DNA from: Eledone cirrhosa
Taxonomy: Eukaryota
Reading direction: 5' to 3'
Assembly: GCA_964016885.1 (NCBI GenBank)
Contig: OZ024742.1
Span: 60,388,001-60,452,000, forward strand
Length of the DNA stretch: 64,000 bases
The notes below the pieces were generated by a model that was given only the letters and a program-made list of their open reading frames with translations, did not search any database and had not been told where the DNA came from. Both the position numbers and the translations under genes were made by a program. Each line of letters begins with the position of its first letter. Position 1 is the first letter of the stretch. Below, in pieces: positions 29,610-43,460 of the stretch.

Positions 29610-31012
29610 CCCTCTGTCTCTCTCTCTTCCCTATCCCTCTCTATATATAATTTTCTCTCTATGTATATAATTTTAATGCGGAATATACTCTGAACTTTAT
29701 TTAGAATGGTGGAATGGTGCGATTTTTAAAGGAAGATTACAATTACAATTACAATGTCATGAGACAAATTGAAATAGTTTTACAATGGTGGATAAAACAT
29801 TTATTTTGATCGTTTCTACTAAATTTGATTTACAAACTTGTATTAAATTCGGTAGAAATACATGACTGTTTGAAAACAATTTCAGTTTAGCTTTAAAAAA
29901 TTCATTTAAAAAAAATAAATGCATCATTATTCTTGGATGAAATTCATTTTTATTCAATACTCTGTTCGTACCCAAAGCATTAAATTTCAATTTTATTCAT
30001 CACCGTAATTGAAAATTCCATAACTTGAACAAAATGGCTACGTGACGCTGCATCTAATTGAGGCTTGCAATAAAGAAGGCGAAAACCGTTCAAATATTGT
30101 TGTTCGTGACCTCTGGATGATGTTTGGTTTCATAACCGATAATATTAATAAAATGCAGTAATTTTACAGCATCGATACTACGTAGTAAATAAACATATTA
30201 TTTCTGAGTTCAAATCTGGCCGAGGTCAACATTGCCTTTCAAACTTTTGCAGTGGATTGGCAGATTTATTGGAGCATCAGAAAATATGTCGTGTGGCATT
30301 TGTTGCGGCTCGCGAGGTTTTGATTTCTTTCTTTTATAATTTAGTCATTAAAAATATTACCACTCTAAGTGGTGAAATTACTAAATTGTTAAACTATCAG
30401 ATATAGAAACCATGTGGTTTTTGTTCTGGCTCTTTACATATTGAATGCACACCGTGTCGAAGCCTACTTGAATGGTAGGTTTTATACATCACCCAGTTTA
30501 CCACCAGATTGGCCTTAGATGAGTTTGGTATAGGCCTTTCTATGGCGAACAATTAATCAGTGTTTCCAGTTAGAAGTTAACTTACTCCCTGTCTTCTCAC
30601 CGATCAGGAGGACCCTAGAGGGGGCGAGGGGAGTGTCATTTCCTTGTGTCTAAACAACTATAGGAAAATATCTATAGACAACAAATGAGTTTGGAAGAAA
30701 ACGTTGACCCTGGCGGGAAAGAGCTGCACGAATTAAAGAAAGGAAATCTGTGCAACAGTGTGGCTAAAAAGAATCAGAACATCCTCTGGTGTTATTAATA
30801 CAGCTTGCCACTATTTGAAGTTGAGTCGATATTCCGGTAATGTGTCGTAATCAGTGAGATCTCCAGTCAACAACTAAATAATAGAATAGGCCTGAATGAG
30901 TATAACAAATGTGCATGTTAGTGTATGTGTCAGGGAGTGTGTACGTGTGTGTGTATGTGTGTGTGTGTGAATGTGTGTGTGTGTGTGGTGTGTGTTGGTG
31001 TTGGTGTTTCTG

Positions 31013-31071
<59 letters not shown>

Positions 31072-31191
31072 ATAGAGAAAAACTTTTCGTTCAAACGTTT
31101 TATTAATGATACCTCTATGCAAAGTGTGCTTTATATCATTTAAGTTTTTTTCCCTATTTTCTTATTTTCCTTTTCTCTTAGTGCAATATCA

Positions 31192-31263
<72 letters not shown>

Positions 31264-31417
31264 AAAGTTATTGACGCACTGGAGTTAGACATATTGTGTT
31301 TAATGCATTGAAATGTCCGTGATCTCCAGCAAACAAATGAATATTGTCTCCCGCTTGTGCCTTCCTTTTATTTTTAAATAAACTTATTCAAGTGACCACA
31401 CAGTTCCTTGTTTCTTC

Positions 31418-31471
<54 letters not shown>

Positions 31472-32559
31472 GTGTATGTGTGTTTGTGTTTGAGAGCGTG
31501 CATTTAAATGCATATTCCTATACAACTATATGTATATATATATAAATCACTCACACAAATCCAAGTCAGCATATATATTACAGAAAGGAGGTGAGTTGTT
31601 ACATCAAATTTCGCCTCTCTCTCAGTCATGTTCCGACGATATATACATATTTAGAAGTATTTCTTCCTGTGTCTAGTACATCTGCTATAGTGAAAGTAAA
31701 TAACAAATATTTCTCTATCAATCAATGCAAAACTTCCACGACAAAATCTGTGGTTCTCTTGACATATTCCAAATAATTTAAATGTATTGCTAAGCCATTT
31801 CTTTCTGTTTATGTTTGACGCTGACTGTCTGTCTAATAATGGATGAACTTTCTGATTCTTACATAACAAAATATTTTAATTATCCTAAAAGTATAAGGAT
31901 TCTTTACATGAATATCTACTTAACAAAGTGATTTTAGATTTTATTGTTACAATATCACTGTAAGGGAAGAATCAATTATGTACATCAATCTAATTTTTGT
32001 GGCGAATATTCTTAAAAATCAATTGAGCTAAGCTATGAAACTTGTACGTTTATATTTCGACGTATGCAAAACTCACGTAAAACACATGTTACAATTTAAA
32101 TTTTACACACACTGTGACACACACAGACACGAACACACATACACACACGCACACAAACACACATATGAACAAACAAACACACACAGAAGGACAAACATAT
32201 AAAGCGACACATTTAAATGTTTGTTACAAAAATATCAACGTGTAAAAATCCCTCTATTTATAAACATAACTAGTCCTTTCTAGCTTGGCGCCAGTAACCA
32301 ACATTAAATTGTAAACTTCAACCATTATATCTTCTTATAATCTTCTTTCTTTTATCTGGTCCCATAAATTGTATATAATACACTGCCTTCTTTCTCCTAG
32401 TATTTTCGCACATCCACACCCCCTGTGGTTCATAAGGACCAGTCTCTGAGCAATCATAAAGTACACTTCTCTATTTGTTGGTAGTTGTAATAGTAGTAGT
32501 GGAAGGGGTCGTTTGGGATAAGATTTGTGATTCTTTTGAATTTATTATGCTGGTTAATA

Positions 32560-32631
<72 letters not shown>

Positions 32632-32789
32632 ACGTGATGTAGTAAATAAGTAAATAAATATATACATATTCACCTGGTCCGAACACAGTGGAACTAAACT
32701 GCCACCATTACTGCCTCCATCTCTTCCGCTCTCCACATCTTTCACTATTATGAGCAAATGGGGGCCCACGCACTGGCCACCCCGTGGCC

Positions 32790-33065
32790 CCGGTGAACAA
32801 AATAGAGAAAACGTTTAACCGAAGGATGGTGAGAGAGACAGCCTGGAGGAGATATTCCAACTCGTGAGGCTGACACCTGCGGGTAATTAACTCTGTGCCG
32901 ATGGTGGTGAGTACGGAGATGGCTCTAGGGCAAAGGACCTTAGAAGTCTCCACTTCTACGGAACTGCTCGCTAACCTTTCGGAGAGCGACCGATATTTAG
33001 AGAGTTTACACCCGGCCTGAAGTACAGCAGAGCCTGGGTTAGTCGCAAACTGCACCAGGTTCCCG
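32790..33065 (-). pseudogene. C-terminal remnant of an RLE-type (CRE-like) non-LTR retrotransposon
   Basis: AVLQAGCKLSKYRSL..VEVETSKVLCPRAISVLTTIG..ELEYLLQAVSLTILRLNVFSIL fits the K..KY..L..AVET.G..L.QRLS.AIQRGNA pattern. Confidence 0.65.
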
Positions 33066-33757
33066 AGAATGGTTACTTTAAGAGTTGTTTACCTACGACT
33101 TAACTTGCAAACTTAATTAATGTGCGCATGCATGCATATGTTTATAAATTTAAATTTACATGTTTATTATCGTGTAAATTTTATCATAGGTACATCGAGG
33201 ATATATCTGTGTACATACATGATTTACTATATAAGCATGACGTAATCTACTGGAACTCATTTTTTTCCAAACTTCTCTCATGATATGCAGTTTTAAACTA
33301 CTCAGTGTAAGATAGTGGATTGTGGATTATATAATAATCCAGATTCCGTAGGAGATTGCATAACTATATAGGAGCACTTGTTATAGACTCTATTGTATGA
33401 TAAATGTTTCTTCGAATGTCAACAAATCTTTCCTAATTATTCCTATTAACCTTTCATATTAAATTAATCGGTAGAATACTCTTTGAAACCAATGTACCAT
33501 ACTCGGTGATGCATCTCGTATCAAGATATTTATGTTACACACATCCATTAGCCACGCCAAGCACAAAACACTAGAATATACACGTACACACACACACACA
33601 AACATATATATATATAAATATAAATTTATACATAGATATATGTATATATATATATATATAACGAAGGAAATGTGGTAAGGAACCAGGTGGACCATAACGC
33701 ACCAAAGTACTCAATACTTGGGGTAGTAGAGTGGGTAATAGGAACCAGTAAGACCCC

Positions 33758-34318
33758 TCTTACAGCACTACACCAAACTTCGCACAAAACATCGTCTCCT
33801 CTAACAACAAAAAACTCAACCCCGATGGCAGAAATAACCTAAATAGCAGTGGAGAACCGACCAGGAGGTGTAACAGTCCGGATAGATCCATTTGCCCACT
33901 CGACAATAGATGTAGAGACCGTAATGTGATCTACCAGTGCAACGTGAGGACGGATACCTCCAACAAAGCCTATATAGGACTAACCGCATGTGACTTCAAG
34001 ACCCGGCTATACCAACATAGACATACCTTCCGAAACCCGGCCCAGAGTCACGCCACTACACTTTCGGGCCATATATGGGACCTCAAGGACAACAACATCA
34101 CCTATGATCTCACTTGGAGATTACTGTCCAGAGCCTATTCTTACACGGGAGGACGCCGTCCGTGCAATTTATGCTCGGAGGAAACTTTACAAATGCTGTT
34201 TTCGACGGACCAACTCCTAAACAAGAAAGATGAACTGGTTACTGCATGTAAACATAGATTGCGTAGGACTTACCTCGCCCTCAAACCCCATAAGGACCCG
34301 GGGGGGGGGGGGGGTTAG
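33758..34318 (+). pseudogene. PLE GIY-YIG endonuclease (5'-truncated, frame open)
   Basis: SYSTTPNFAQNI..CNSPDRSICPLDNRC..NVIYQC..AYIGLTACDFKTRLYQH..LSGHIWDLK..WRLL..CNLCSEE..LNKKDELVTACKH. Confidence 0.9.
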
Positions 34319-35427
34319 ACTAGGGCTATAACACCCCACTTGCCGATTTTGCAATGGGTAACCCCTGCTTGCCAAGGGAGACGTAAGATCTTTTATTCTT
34401 TTATCGCTTCCTTTATTTCCTTCTTCCCCCCATCCCTCCTTAGTCCTTCTACCCCAGCTCTTCTTCTTTGTCGGCGTCTTTTCTCGCCCACCCGAGGCTG
34501 CTCTTTGGCCCCTTGTAGCCTCTGTACCCCCACCCCCTCCCCTAGTCTATGATAGATTTGGCGGACTCCGCTTTTTATAGCAGTTGGTTTAGACCCCGGA
34601 TACTTGCCCCCTTTTTCCGACCACTGCCACTATTTTCCGTGCCTTCTATATTTCTTAGTGGCACTTATGCCTTATTTTCTCGTTTCAGTATTTCTTTCTT
34701 CGCTTTTCTTTTGGGCGGGGTGGATTCTGAATTAATTTTTCCGTATTCTACCTTTACTTCGTACGAACTTTCATGTAGCTTGTTTTAGATCTTTTAGAGT
34801 TAGCATTAGTATATATTTTTTTCGGGACTCAGAACTATTATCTCGTACTAGTTTACTTTGCTGCACTGGGTGGTTGCTGGCATTGTGCCCGGGATAGAAA
34901 CCTTTATTATTTATTTCGTGGTAGTCTCTTTAGTATTTTGGCCCCATTTGTTGACCCGTCACCGTATGATTTACGTACTTATACCTCTTAAAAGGGTCCT
35001 TGCCTATTCCGTCCCACCTAGTTCATTTACTTATTTCGTTATTTCTTTATTTATTTCTTTACTTCTTTCTTTCTTTATTTATTTTTTTATCTAGCCTAAC
35101 AATAGCTAGAGACTTAGGTCGTAGAACTTGCTTTACTTTTTTCTTTACACTTATTCGCTTTTCTTCACTCTCAGTATCTCTTCTTTCATATATATTTGTA
35201 CCCCTCATTGTTCTACCTACCGTTCCGACTTCCTCCCCCTCCCCCTCCCCAGTATCTTCTTTGACCTCATGCGCAGCTGTAGCTGGCACTACCAACGCTT
35301 GATTGGGTCTACTCCACCCCCTCCCCTCTTTCTCCTACTGGCAGGTTTAGCCACCATCTCCCCTACTAATTTGCAATCACAGAATTACTACTGACTTTTG
35401 ACAATCACTTTGACCATATATGGAATT

Positions 35428-35530
35428 ACCCCTTGAGAAGATCGGCTATTTAAATACCAGGATAAATTTTCATTTAGTCCAGAATTAGCCGTCGAAACGG
35501 CTTGAGCTCAGCCGTCTAAAAAAAGGGGGT
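35428..35530 (+). ncRNA. Type I HHR (U3/A8 variant, long stems II and III), interrupted at its cleavage site
   Basis: acccc-TTGAGAA-ga(t)cggcta..tagccgtc-GAAA-cggc t tgagctca gccg-TC-[taaaaaaag]-ggggt. Confidence 0.85.
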
Positions 35531-35540
35531 CTTACTGGTT

Positions 35541-35585
<45 letters not shown>

Positions 35586-36534
35586 GTGGGTGGGGGGGGG
35601 GCAAATATAATCAGACACACGAGATTATCATAAATATAAAAATGGAAGTTGCAGGCGCAATTCCTTGTGATTAATTCCCACGGGCAAACAGAGTTCTTCT
35701 TTAGAGATGTATATCTTGGTCAAAAAGAGGTGTATTTATATATGCCAATGTCATCTGCTTCTATCCGTCCCCAAAGTTCAGTAAGTTTAGTTTGCTTGCA
35801 ATGTGAAATATTCTGTATACTATTGTATATATATATATATATATGTGTGTGTGCGTAGCGATAATTTTAACAGTGACACAAATAGGTACTCAAGTTTCGT
35901 TGAGTTATGGGCACCAATTCGTCATATTTATATATATATATATATATTAAATTAGAATTTTATTTCTCGCCCTAGCACAGCTGATAAAATAAATGTAAGT
36001 ATGCACACATACACACGCATATATATATATATATATATATAAGCAAATAGTTATTTAATTTGTTGGTTATTCAATAAATTTATTCATAACAGATTCGAAG
36101 CACTGTACATAATTCTTCTGGAGTATAATATCAATAATATATAATAAATGGAAACTATCTTTATAAAATCATATTTATTTTATTATATATATTTCAAGGG
36201 TACCAACATTATTTTGGTACGCTCGCATCAGATAAAATACAAAAGTTGTTTAATAGATAATGACATATTCAAGAACAAGAACTTGTCTTTTTAAGTTCTG
36301 TTTGAATAGTGAAAGAAATTCAAATCTTAGGATGAATATGTTAATCAGGATAGCGTAAAGTTGAAAAAGACCGTTATATTTAGACGCTAGGTAAATATAA
36401 ATAATTATTAGTGTTATTTTTTAAGGGAAAAAGAGAGAGAGAGGCTAATATTAGTGCGTATGAGAATTTAAGGGAAGAATATAAGAAAAAATATATTTTG
36501 TAGTTAGAAATAGACTATTATTATTGATATATAA

Positions 36535-36722
36535 ACGGGCGGTGAATTGGCATTATCGGTAGAAGGTCAGCCATGTTTTCCAGCACAGTCACGTCCCTTT
36601 ACGTTCTGAGTTCAAATCTCGCCGAGGTTAACTTTGCCTTTCATCCTTACGAGGTCGATAAAATAAAGTACCAGTAATGTACTGGGTAATTGCTGGCCTT
36701 GTGCCAAAAAGTAGAAACAATT
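36535..36722 (+). mobile_element. SINE inserted into the inverted PLE arm
   Basis: Full A-box/B-box/body; absent from the homologous + arm near 43015. Confidence 0.88.
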
Positions 36723-36821
36723 ATTAATATATAAATGTATGGATCGTATTAGTTATGGTGTAAAGAGAGTGAAATAATTATATTTACTTATATAATTATA
36801 TATTTTGGTAGTATTTATAAT

Positions 36822-36992
36822 ATAATGGTTTCTTATATAGGCACAGGGCCAGTAATTTGGGGGGAGAGAAAAGTCGATTAAATCGACCCCAGTGCGTGAC
36901 TGGTTCTTTATTTTATCGACCCCATAAGGCAAAGTTAACCTCGACGGGATTTGAGCTCAGATCATAAAAAGCCGTAACTCTATGCCGCAAGT
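36822..36992 (-). mobile_element. Second SINE in the inverted PLE arm, at a local deletion
   Basis: tttattttatcgaccccataaggcaaagttaacctcgacgggatttgagctcaga; absent from the + arm. Confidence 0.85.
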
Positions 36993-37767
36993 TATTTATA
37001 TAAATATTTATACAAATAATTTTAGTGAGTATATATGTTGTTTTTATTAAAAGATAGATCATTTAAATATCTTTTATATGTGAATAGTTAGGATGAATTT
37101 CCTGTTTACAATTTCAATATATATTTAAGAAAAAGGAGGTAGTTCTATTTTATTATAGAAGATTATTTTGTACATTCAATATTTGCATCAAGATAGGAAT
37201 ACATTTACAATTTACGAAGTAAACGAAAATTATACAACACAATTTTAAATTGTATCTAATGTTTAGTTGTTACTTTGAAGAAATGTGTAAGCGTGTTACA
37301 TTATAAGGGAAAAGAATACTCCAATATTTCTTAGTTAAGATATTTATATTTACCAATTAATTCTAGAATTTACTTTTCAAAAGATATTCCAATTAAGATA
37401 TATGTAAAATATTACATATTTTCTAGATAAAAATTCTTTTATATATGTATTTAGATGGCATTCCTTATATTTATGCATGTGAGAGTGATATTAAGCATAT
37501 ATATGTATTGACGTCTATATAGTCTATTAGGAAGAAATATTCTAGACATAAAAATAATATTCAGAAAACATCACTAAAACCATCACAAAAAGGTATATTT
37601 CAAAATATCATTTAGAAAACCATTTTAAAGGGATGTCATTTAGAAAGAAATATCATTTAAAAAGAAAAGAAAAATATCATAAAAAAAAACATCAGAAAAC
37701 ATCATCAAAACATAGTGAATATGTATAAGATGTAAACAAGTGAGATATAGATAATATTTCCTATAGA

Positions 37768-38890
37768 TTATAGATGCTTCTGAACGTCTTGGATTGGCGA
37801 CGATGTGTGCAAGAATTGAATAATTCTTTCTTTTTATTTATAGAGTTTGATTGATAAGTATATGAAATATTTCTTCAGTACACATATGACAAATTCTTGA
37901 GAGAGCCATATTTCGGTATGCGGGCGCTTTCGAAATCGTTTCCCAAGAGAGTGAGTAGTCGATATTATTGTCTTTTAAGGACTAAATTAGATGTGAAAGT
38001 GATGTTGAAAGACTTTTGTCCGATGTATTAAAAGTATGTTTGTGACTATACCAGCGTTCGTTAAATTTTGTAGAAGTGTTTCCTATATAGTTATATATTT
38101 TATCTCTAGTTTTTATTGTGCATTTATATACTAAGTTTTTATCAATTATTCTGTAAAGGGCAATTTAATTCGTTTCTACAGTTACATTTTCTAGAGTTGT
38201 CGTCTATAGGAACGGTGCGATTATTGTTAGTATTAATACTGTTATTAGTAATATTAATATTGTTATTTTGCTTTATTTGGATTGGGGTTAAATTTAAGTA
38301 TCTATTATTAATTCTCTTAATATTTTGCGATATGTGGAGTAAGATAGTTTTATAGTATGTCTGTAAGATAATTTTATAGTATGTCTGTTAAAAATAGAGT
38401 GGTATTTATGGGATTTAGGAACAAGCTTATCTAATGCTTCGAAAAATAGGCTTGCTACAGGTGTTTTAACTCCTAATGAGATTGGGGGAGAATACCAAAT
38501 GATATTTCTATTTCTAGTTCTTTTGTTTGATTTACTATTTATGGTAAATTGCTTATTATTATTATTATAGTAAATTTTCGGATGGTTTTGCATGTTATTG
38601 TTATCTAGCTATTTAATTTTATTCTTGTAACCAGCTCTATGTAGAGTATCATTGTAATAATCTGCCTTATTATCAAACATATTTTTATTGGCTGAAATGC
38701 GTGAAATTCGTTGCTGCACACTATTGACAATAGCATTTTTAACATTTCTAGGATGGTTAGAATGGAAGCTTACGTAGTTTAGGTTTTCTTTAATTTTATG
38801 GAAAGGGTTAAACAGTCCTGAGCTAAGGTTTAAAGTGACATCTAACAAGTTAACAGTGTTATTATTATTCTCAATTTCTAATTTAAGGTT
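37768..38890 (-). pseudogene. PLE RT C-terminus/thumb + GIY-YIG, inverted truncated copy
   Basis: ORFs 38609-38905 (VNLLDVTLNL..SNHPRNV) and 38294-38593 (RNIIWYSPP..IFNRHTIKLSY). Confidence 0.9.
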
Positions 38891-39759
38891 ATAATTATCA
38901 AACATACTTTTAATAGATCGGACAAAAAATGTTCAATATCACTTTCACATCTAATTTGGTACTTAAAAGAAAATAATATCGACTACTCAATCTCTTGGGG
39001 AACGATTTCGAAAGTACCCGCGTACCAAAATATGGCTCTCTCAAGAATTTGTCATTTGTGTATTGAAGAAATATTTCATATACTTACCAATCAAAACTAT
39101 AAATAAAAATATATAATTATTCAATTCTTGCAAACACCACCAATCCAAGACGTTCAGAAACATCTATAATTTACACTATAACTAATACGATCCATACATA
39201 TATATATTAATAATAATAGTCTATTCTAACTATAATATATATTTTTTCTTATATTCTTCCCTTAAATGTTCATACACCCTAATATTAACCCCTCTCTCTT
39301 CTTCCCTTAATAAATAACACTAACAATTATTTAAATGTACCTAACGTCTAAATATAACAATCTTTTTCAACTTTAGGTTACCTTCATTAACATATTCATC
39401 CTAGGATTTGAATTTCTTTCACTATTCAAACAGAACTTAGAACGATAAGTTATTGTTCTTGAATATGTCACTATCTATAAAACAACTTTTATATTTTATC
39501 TGATGAGAGCGTACCAAACAATGTTAGTACACTTGAAATATATAAAATAAAATAAATATGGTTTTATAAAGATAGTTTCCATTTATTAATATTATTGATA
39601 TTATACTCCAGAAGAAACGTGTAAAATGCTTCGAATATGTTATGAATAAATATGTTGAATAACCAACAAATCAAATAGCTTTTGCTTATAAATAGATCCT
39701 TCAATGTAGAGCACTTTAAACTATAACAGATTATAAAGAATTAATAATGTAATCTTTTA

Positions 39760-41953
39760 ATATCTCTTCATCTCTCAAGGATGTACCTTTACCTACCAAT
39801 AAGGAATATTTAAAACAGCTAATAAAAAATCTGACTCTTTCATAAGGAGACTGAGATGGCGCGCTTTCCAATTGAAAAAGAAATCAGAAAATGAAAAAAT
39901 AAATCTAAATATAACTTTGATCTTATATTTAAATCTAGGCAAAATCCACCTTTCAACAAACTATTAGCTGAATTTGAAAATGAAATAATCTCCATAATAC
40001 AGAATGTTAAATTTAAAAGTAGCCAATCAAAGGCCTCAAAAGCAAAATAGACAACCTGAAAAAAACAAAGAAGATCCTCGTAAAATCCGACAAAACTAAT
40101 AATTGATACGGAATGGAAAAGGATGATTATAATAATTTAATATAGAAAGAACTTAGGAAGATATATAAAAAAAGAACATAACTTCGGAAATTATTTACAA
40201 ATTATGTATTCAAAATAAGACTGAACCTTTCATATCAAGGAAACCGAAGATAAATATGAAGGACCATAAAAGAAATTTCGAAGTGGAACTACCAGTCAGA
40301 CTTATTGCACCATCTAAATCTGATTTAGACATAATTAGCAAGCATATACTAGATAGGATCATACCAGTACTTAAGCACAAATCACACCTTAAACTCTTGA
40401 ACAAATGAAGTAATAGATTGGTTTGCAGACATTAAATTAAAACATAGAAAAAGAATTTATGCAAATGGAAATTGCTAATTACTACTCCTCAATTACCCAT
40501 AACTTACTTAATAAGGCACTTATTTACACTTCAAAATATACTAACTTATCTAGTAATGAAATTAATATCATTTTAACCGCACGGAAAACCCTAATTGAAT
40601 TTAATAACCATCTCTGGAGAAGAGCTGATAGACAGAACAATTTTGATATCACTATGGGATCATCTGTCTCAGCTCAAGTAACATACCTCGTTGGAATTTT
40701 TATTCTTAAAGTACTACATAGAAAAATGGTTGAGATGGCCCGAGGTTTATAGCGCGACGATATGTTACTTATAGTTGATAACCATAGCAATAGTGAACTT
40801 AGTAGGGAAAAGAAAATTTTCATAGAATTCTTCAATAACCTTAAATTAGAAATTGAGAATAATAATAACAGTTAACTTCTTAGACGTCACTTTAAACCTT
40901 AGCTCAGGACTGTATAACCGTTTCGATAAAATTAACGAAAACCTAAACTACGTAATCTTCCATTCTAACCATCCTAGAAATGTCAAAAATACTATTGTCA
41001 GTAGTGTCCAGCAACGAATTTAACGCATTTCAGCCAATAAAGCTATTTTTGATAATAAGGCAGATTATTGCAATGATGCTTTACATGGAGCTGGTTACAT
41101 GAATAAAATTAAATAGTTAGATAACAATAACATGCAAAATCATCCGAAAATTTACTATAATTATAATAATAAGCAATTTAACATGAATAGTAAATCAAAC
41201 AAAAGAACTAGAACTAGAAATATTATTTGGTACTCTCTCCCAATCTCATTAGGAGTTAAAACACCTGTAGGAAACCTATTTTCCAAAGCATTAGATAAAT
41301 GTTTTCCTAAATCCTATAAATACTACTCTATTTTTAAAAGACATACTATAAAACTAACTTACTCTACTACTATGAACATAGCGCAAAATATTTATAGAAT
41401 TAATAATAGCTACTTAAATTTAACCCCAACACAAATAAAGCAAAATAACAATATTAATATTACTAATAACAGTATTAATACTAATAATAATCGTACCGTT
41501 CCTATAGACAATAACGCTAGAAAATAAAACTGTAGAAACGAATTAAATTTCCCTTTACAGAATAATTGTCTAGATAAAAACTTAGTATATAAATGCACAA
41601 TAAAAACTAGAGATAAAATATATAACTATGTAGGAGCCACTTCTACATAATTTAAGGAACGCTGGTATAATGACAAACATACTTTTAATAGATCGGACAA
41701 AAGTTTTTCAACATCACTTTCACATTTAATTTGGTCCTTAAAAGACAATAATATCGACTACTCATTCTCTTGGGAAACGATTTCGAAAGCGCCCGCATAC
41801 CGAAATATGGCTCTATCAAGAATTTGTCATTTGTGTACTGAATACTTATTTCATATACATATCAATCAAACTCTATAAATAAAAAGAAAGAATTATTCAA
41901 TTCTTGCACACATCGTCGCCAATCGAAGACGTTCAGAAGCATCTATAATCTAT
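39760..41953 (+). pseudogene. Full-length PLE ORF (RT + C-terminal GIY-YIG), multiply disrupted, Hydra-clade-like
   Basis: SLKDVPLP..FIRRLRWRAF; KSDKTNN; KDHK..PVRLIAPSKSDL..ISK; FDITMGS; GL*RDD; FLDVTLNL; SNHP; RNIIWYS; NCRNE..PLQNNCL..LVYKC..YVGATST; CHLC; CTH. Confidence 0.92.
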
Positions 41954-43414
41954 AGAAAATATTATCTATATCTCACATGTTTATATCGTATATATCTTCA
42001 CTATGTTGTGATGATGTTTTGCGATGTTTTTTTAATGATATTTTTCTTTTCTTTTTAAGTGATATTTTTCTAAACGACATCCCTTTTAAATGAAAATCTA
42101 AATGGTATTTTGAAATATACCTTTTTGTGATGGTTTAGTGATGTTTTCTGTATATATTTTAATGTCCAGAATATTTCTTCCTAATAGACTATATTGACAT
42201 CAATACATATATATGCTTAATATCACTAACATATGCATAAATATAAGGAATGCTATTTTAAAATAATTTTTATCTTAGAAAATATGTAATATATGATACT
42301 GTAAAATCATATATAAAATGATATATATTTTTTAGATATATTTTACATATATCTTAATTGGAATATTTGTTTAAAATAAATTCAGAATTAATCGGTAAAT
42401 ATAAATATTTTAACTACGAAATATTGGAGTTATTTTTTCCTTTATAATGTTACCCACTTACACATTTCTTCTAAACAACTAAACTTTACATACATTTTAA
42501 AATGTTGTATAATTTTCGGTAACTTCGTAAATTGTAAATGTATTCCTATCTTGATGCAAATATTTAATGTACAAATTAATATTCTATAGTAAAATAGAAC
42601 TACTTCCTTTTTCTTAAATATATATTGAAATTGTAAACAGGAAATTCATCCTAACTATTCACATATAAAAGATATTTAAATGATCTATCTATTAATAAAA
42701 ACAACATATATACTCACTAAAATTATTTATATGAATATTTATATAAATTAACCTGTTGTAATATAACAAAATAAAATATACTTACAACCCTAATACTTCA
42801 TAAAACATACTTATAAATATTATCTCTATAATACTAAAACTCAATATTAGAATAGACCCAATAATTAGTAGTATCTATCATTTTTTTTGTATTTGGTATT
42901 CTACCACTTCAACACATTTATAATTCTCATAATATATTATAAATACTACCAAAATATATTATAATTATTTCACTCACTTTACACCATAACTAATACGATC
43001 CATACATTTATATATTAATAATAATAGTCTATTTCTAACTATAACATATATTTTTTCTTATATTCTTACCTTAAATTTTCATACACCCTAAAATTAACCT
43101 CTCTCCTTCTCTTAAAAAATAACACTAATAATTATTTAAATTTACCTAGCCTCTAAATATAACTGTCTTTTTCAACTTTACGTTACTCTCATTAAAATAT
43201 TCATCCTAGGATTTGAATTTCTTTCACTATTCAAACGGAACTTAAAACGTTAGGTTCTTGTTCTTGAATATGTCACTATCTATAAACAACGTTTGTATTT
43301 CATCTGAGGCGAGCGTATCCAAAAAATGATGGTGCCCTTGAAATATATATAATAAAATAAATATGATTTTATAAAGATAGTTTCCATTTATTAATACTAT
43401 ATATATATATATAT

Positions 43415-43457
<43 letters not shown>

Positions 43458-43460
<3 letters not shown>

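Larger units (their letters stand above)
33660..35543 (+). mobile_element. PLE family C: 98-bp inverted arm + 5'-truncated GIY-YIG ORF + 3' UTR + HHR, in (TA)n
   Basis: Arm 33660-33757; ORF from 33758; HHR 35428-35530. Confidence 0.92.
36042..43397. mobile_element. 7.35-kb PLE complex: inverted 5'-truncated copy (36042-~38890, -) + partial-tandem pLTR (~38890-39690) + full-length copy (+)
   Basis: 36042-38890 is the reverse complement of 40835-43397 plus the 39590-39690 tail; HHRs at 36176-36239 (-), 39492-39553 and 43296-43359 (+). Confidence 0.93.
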
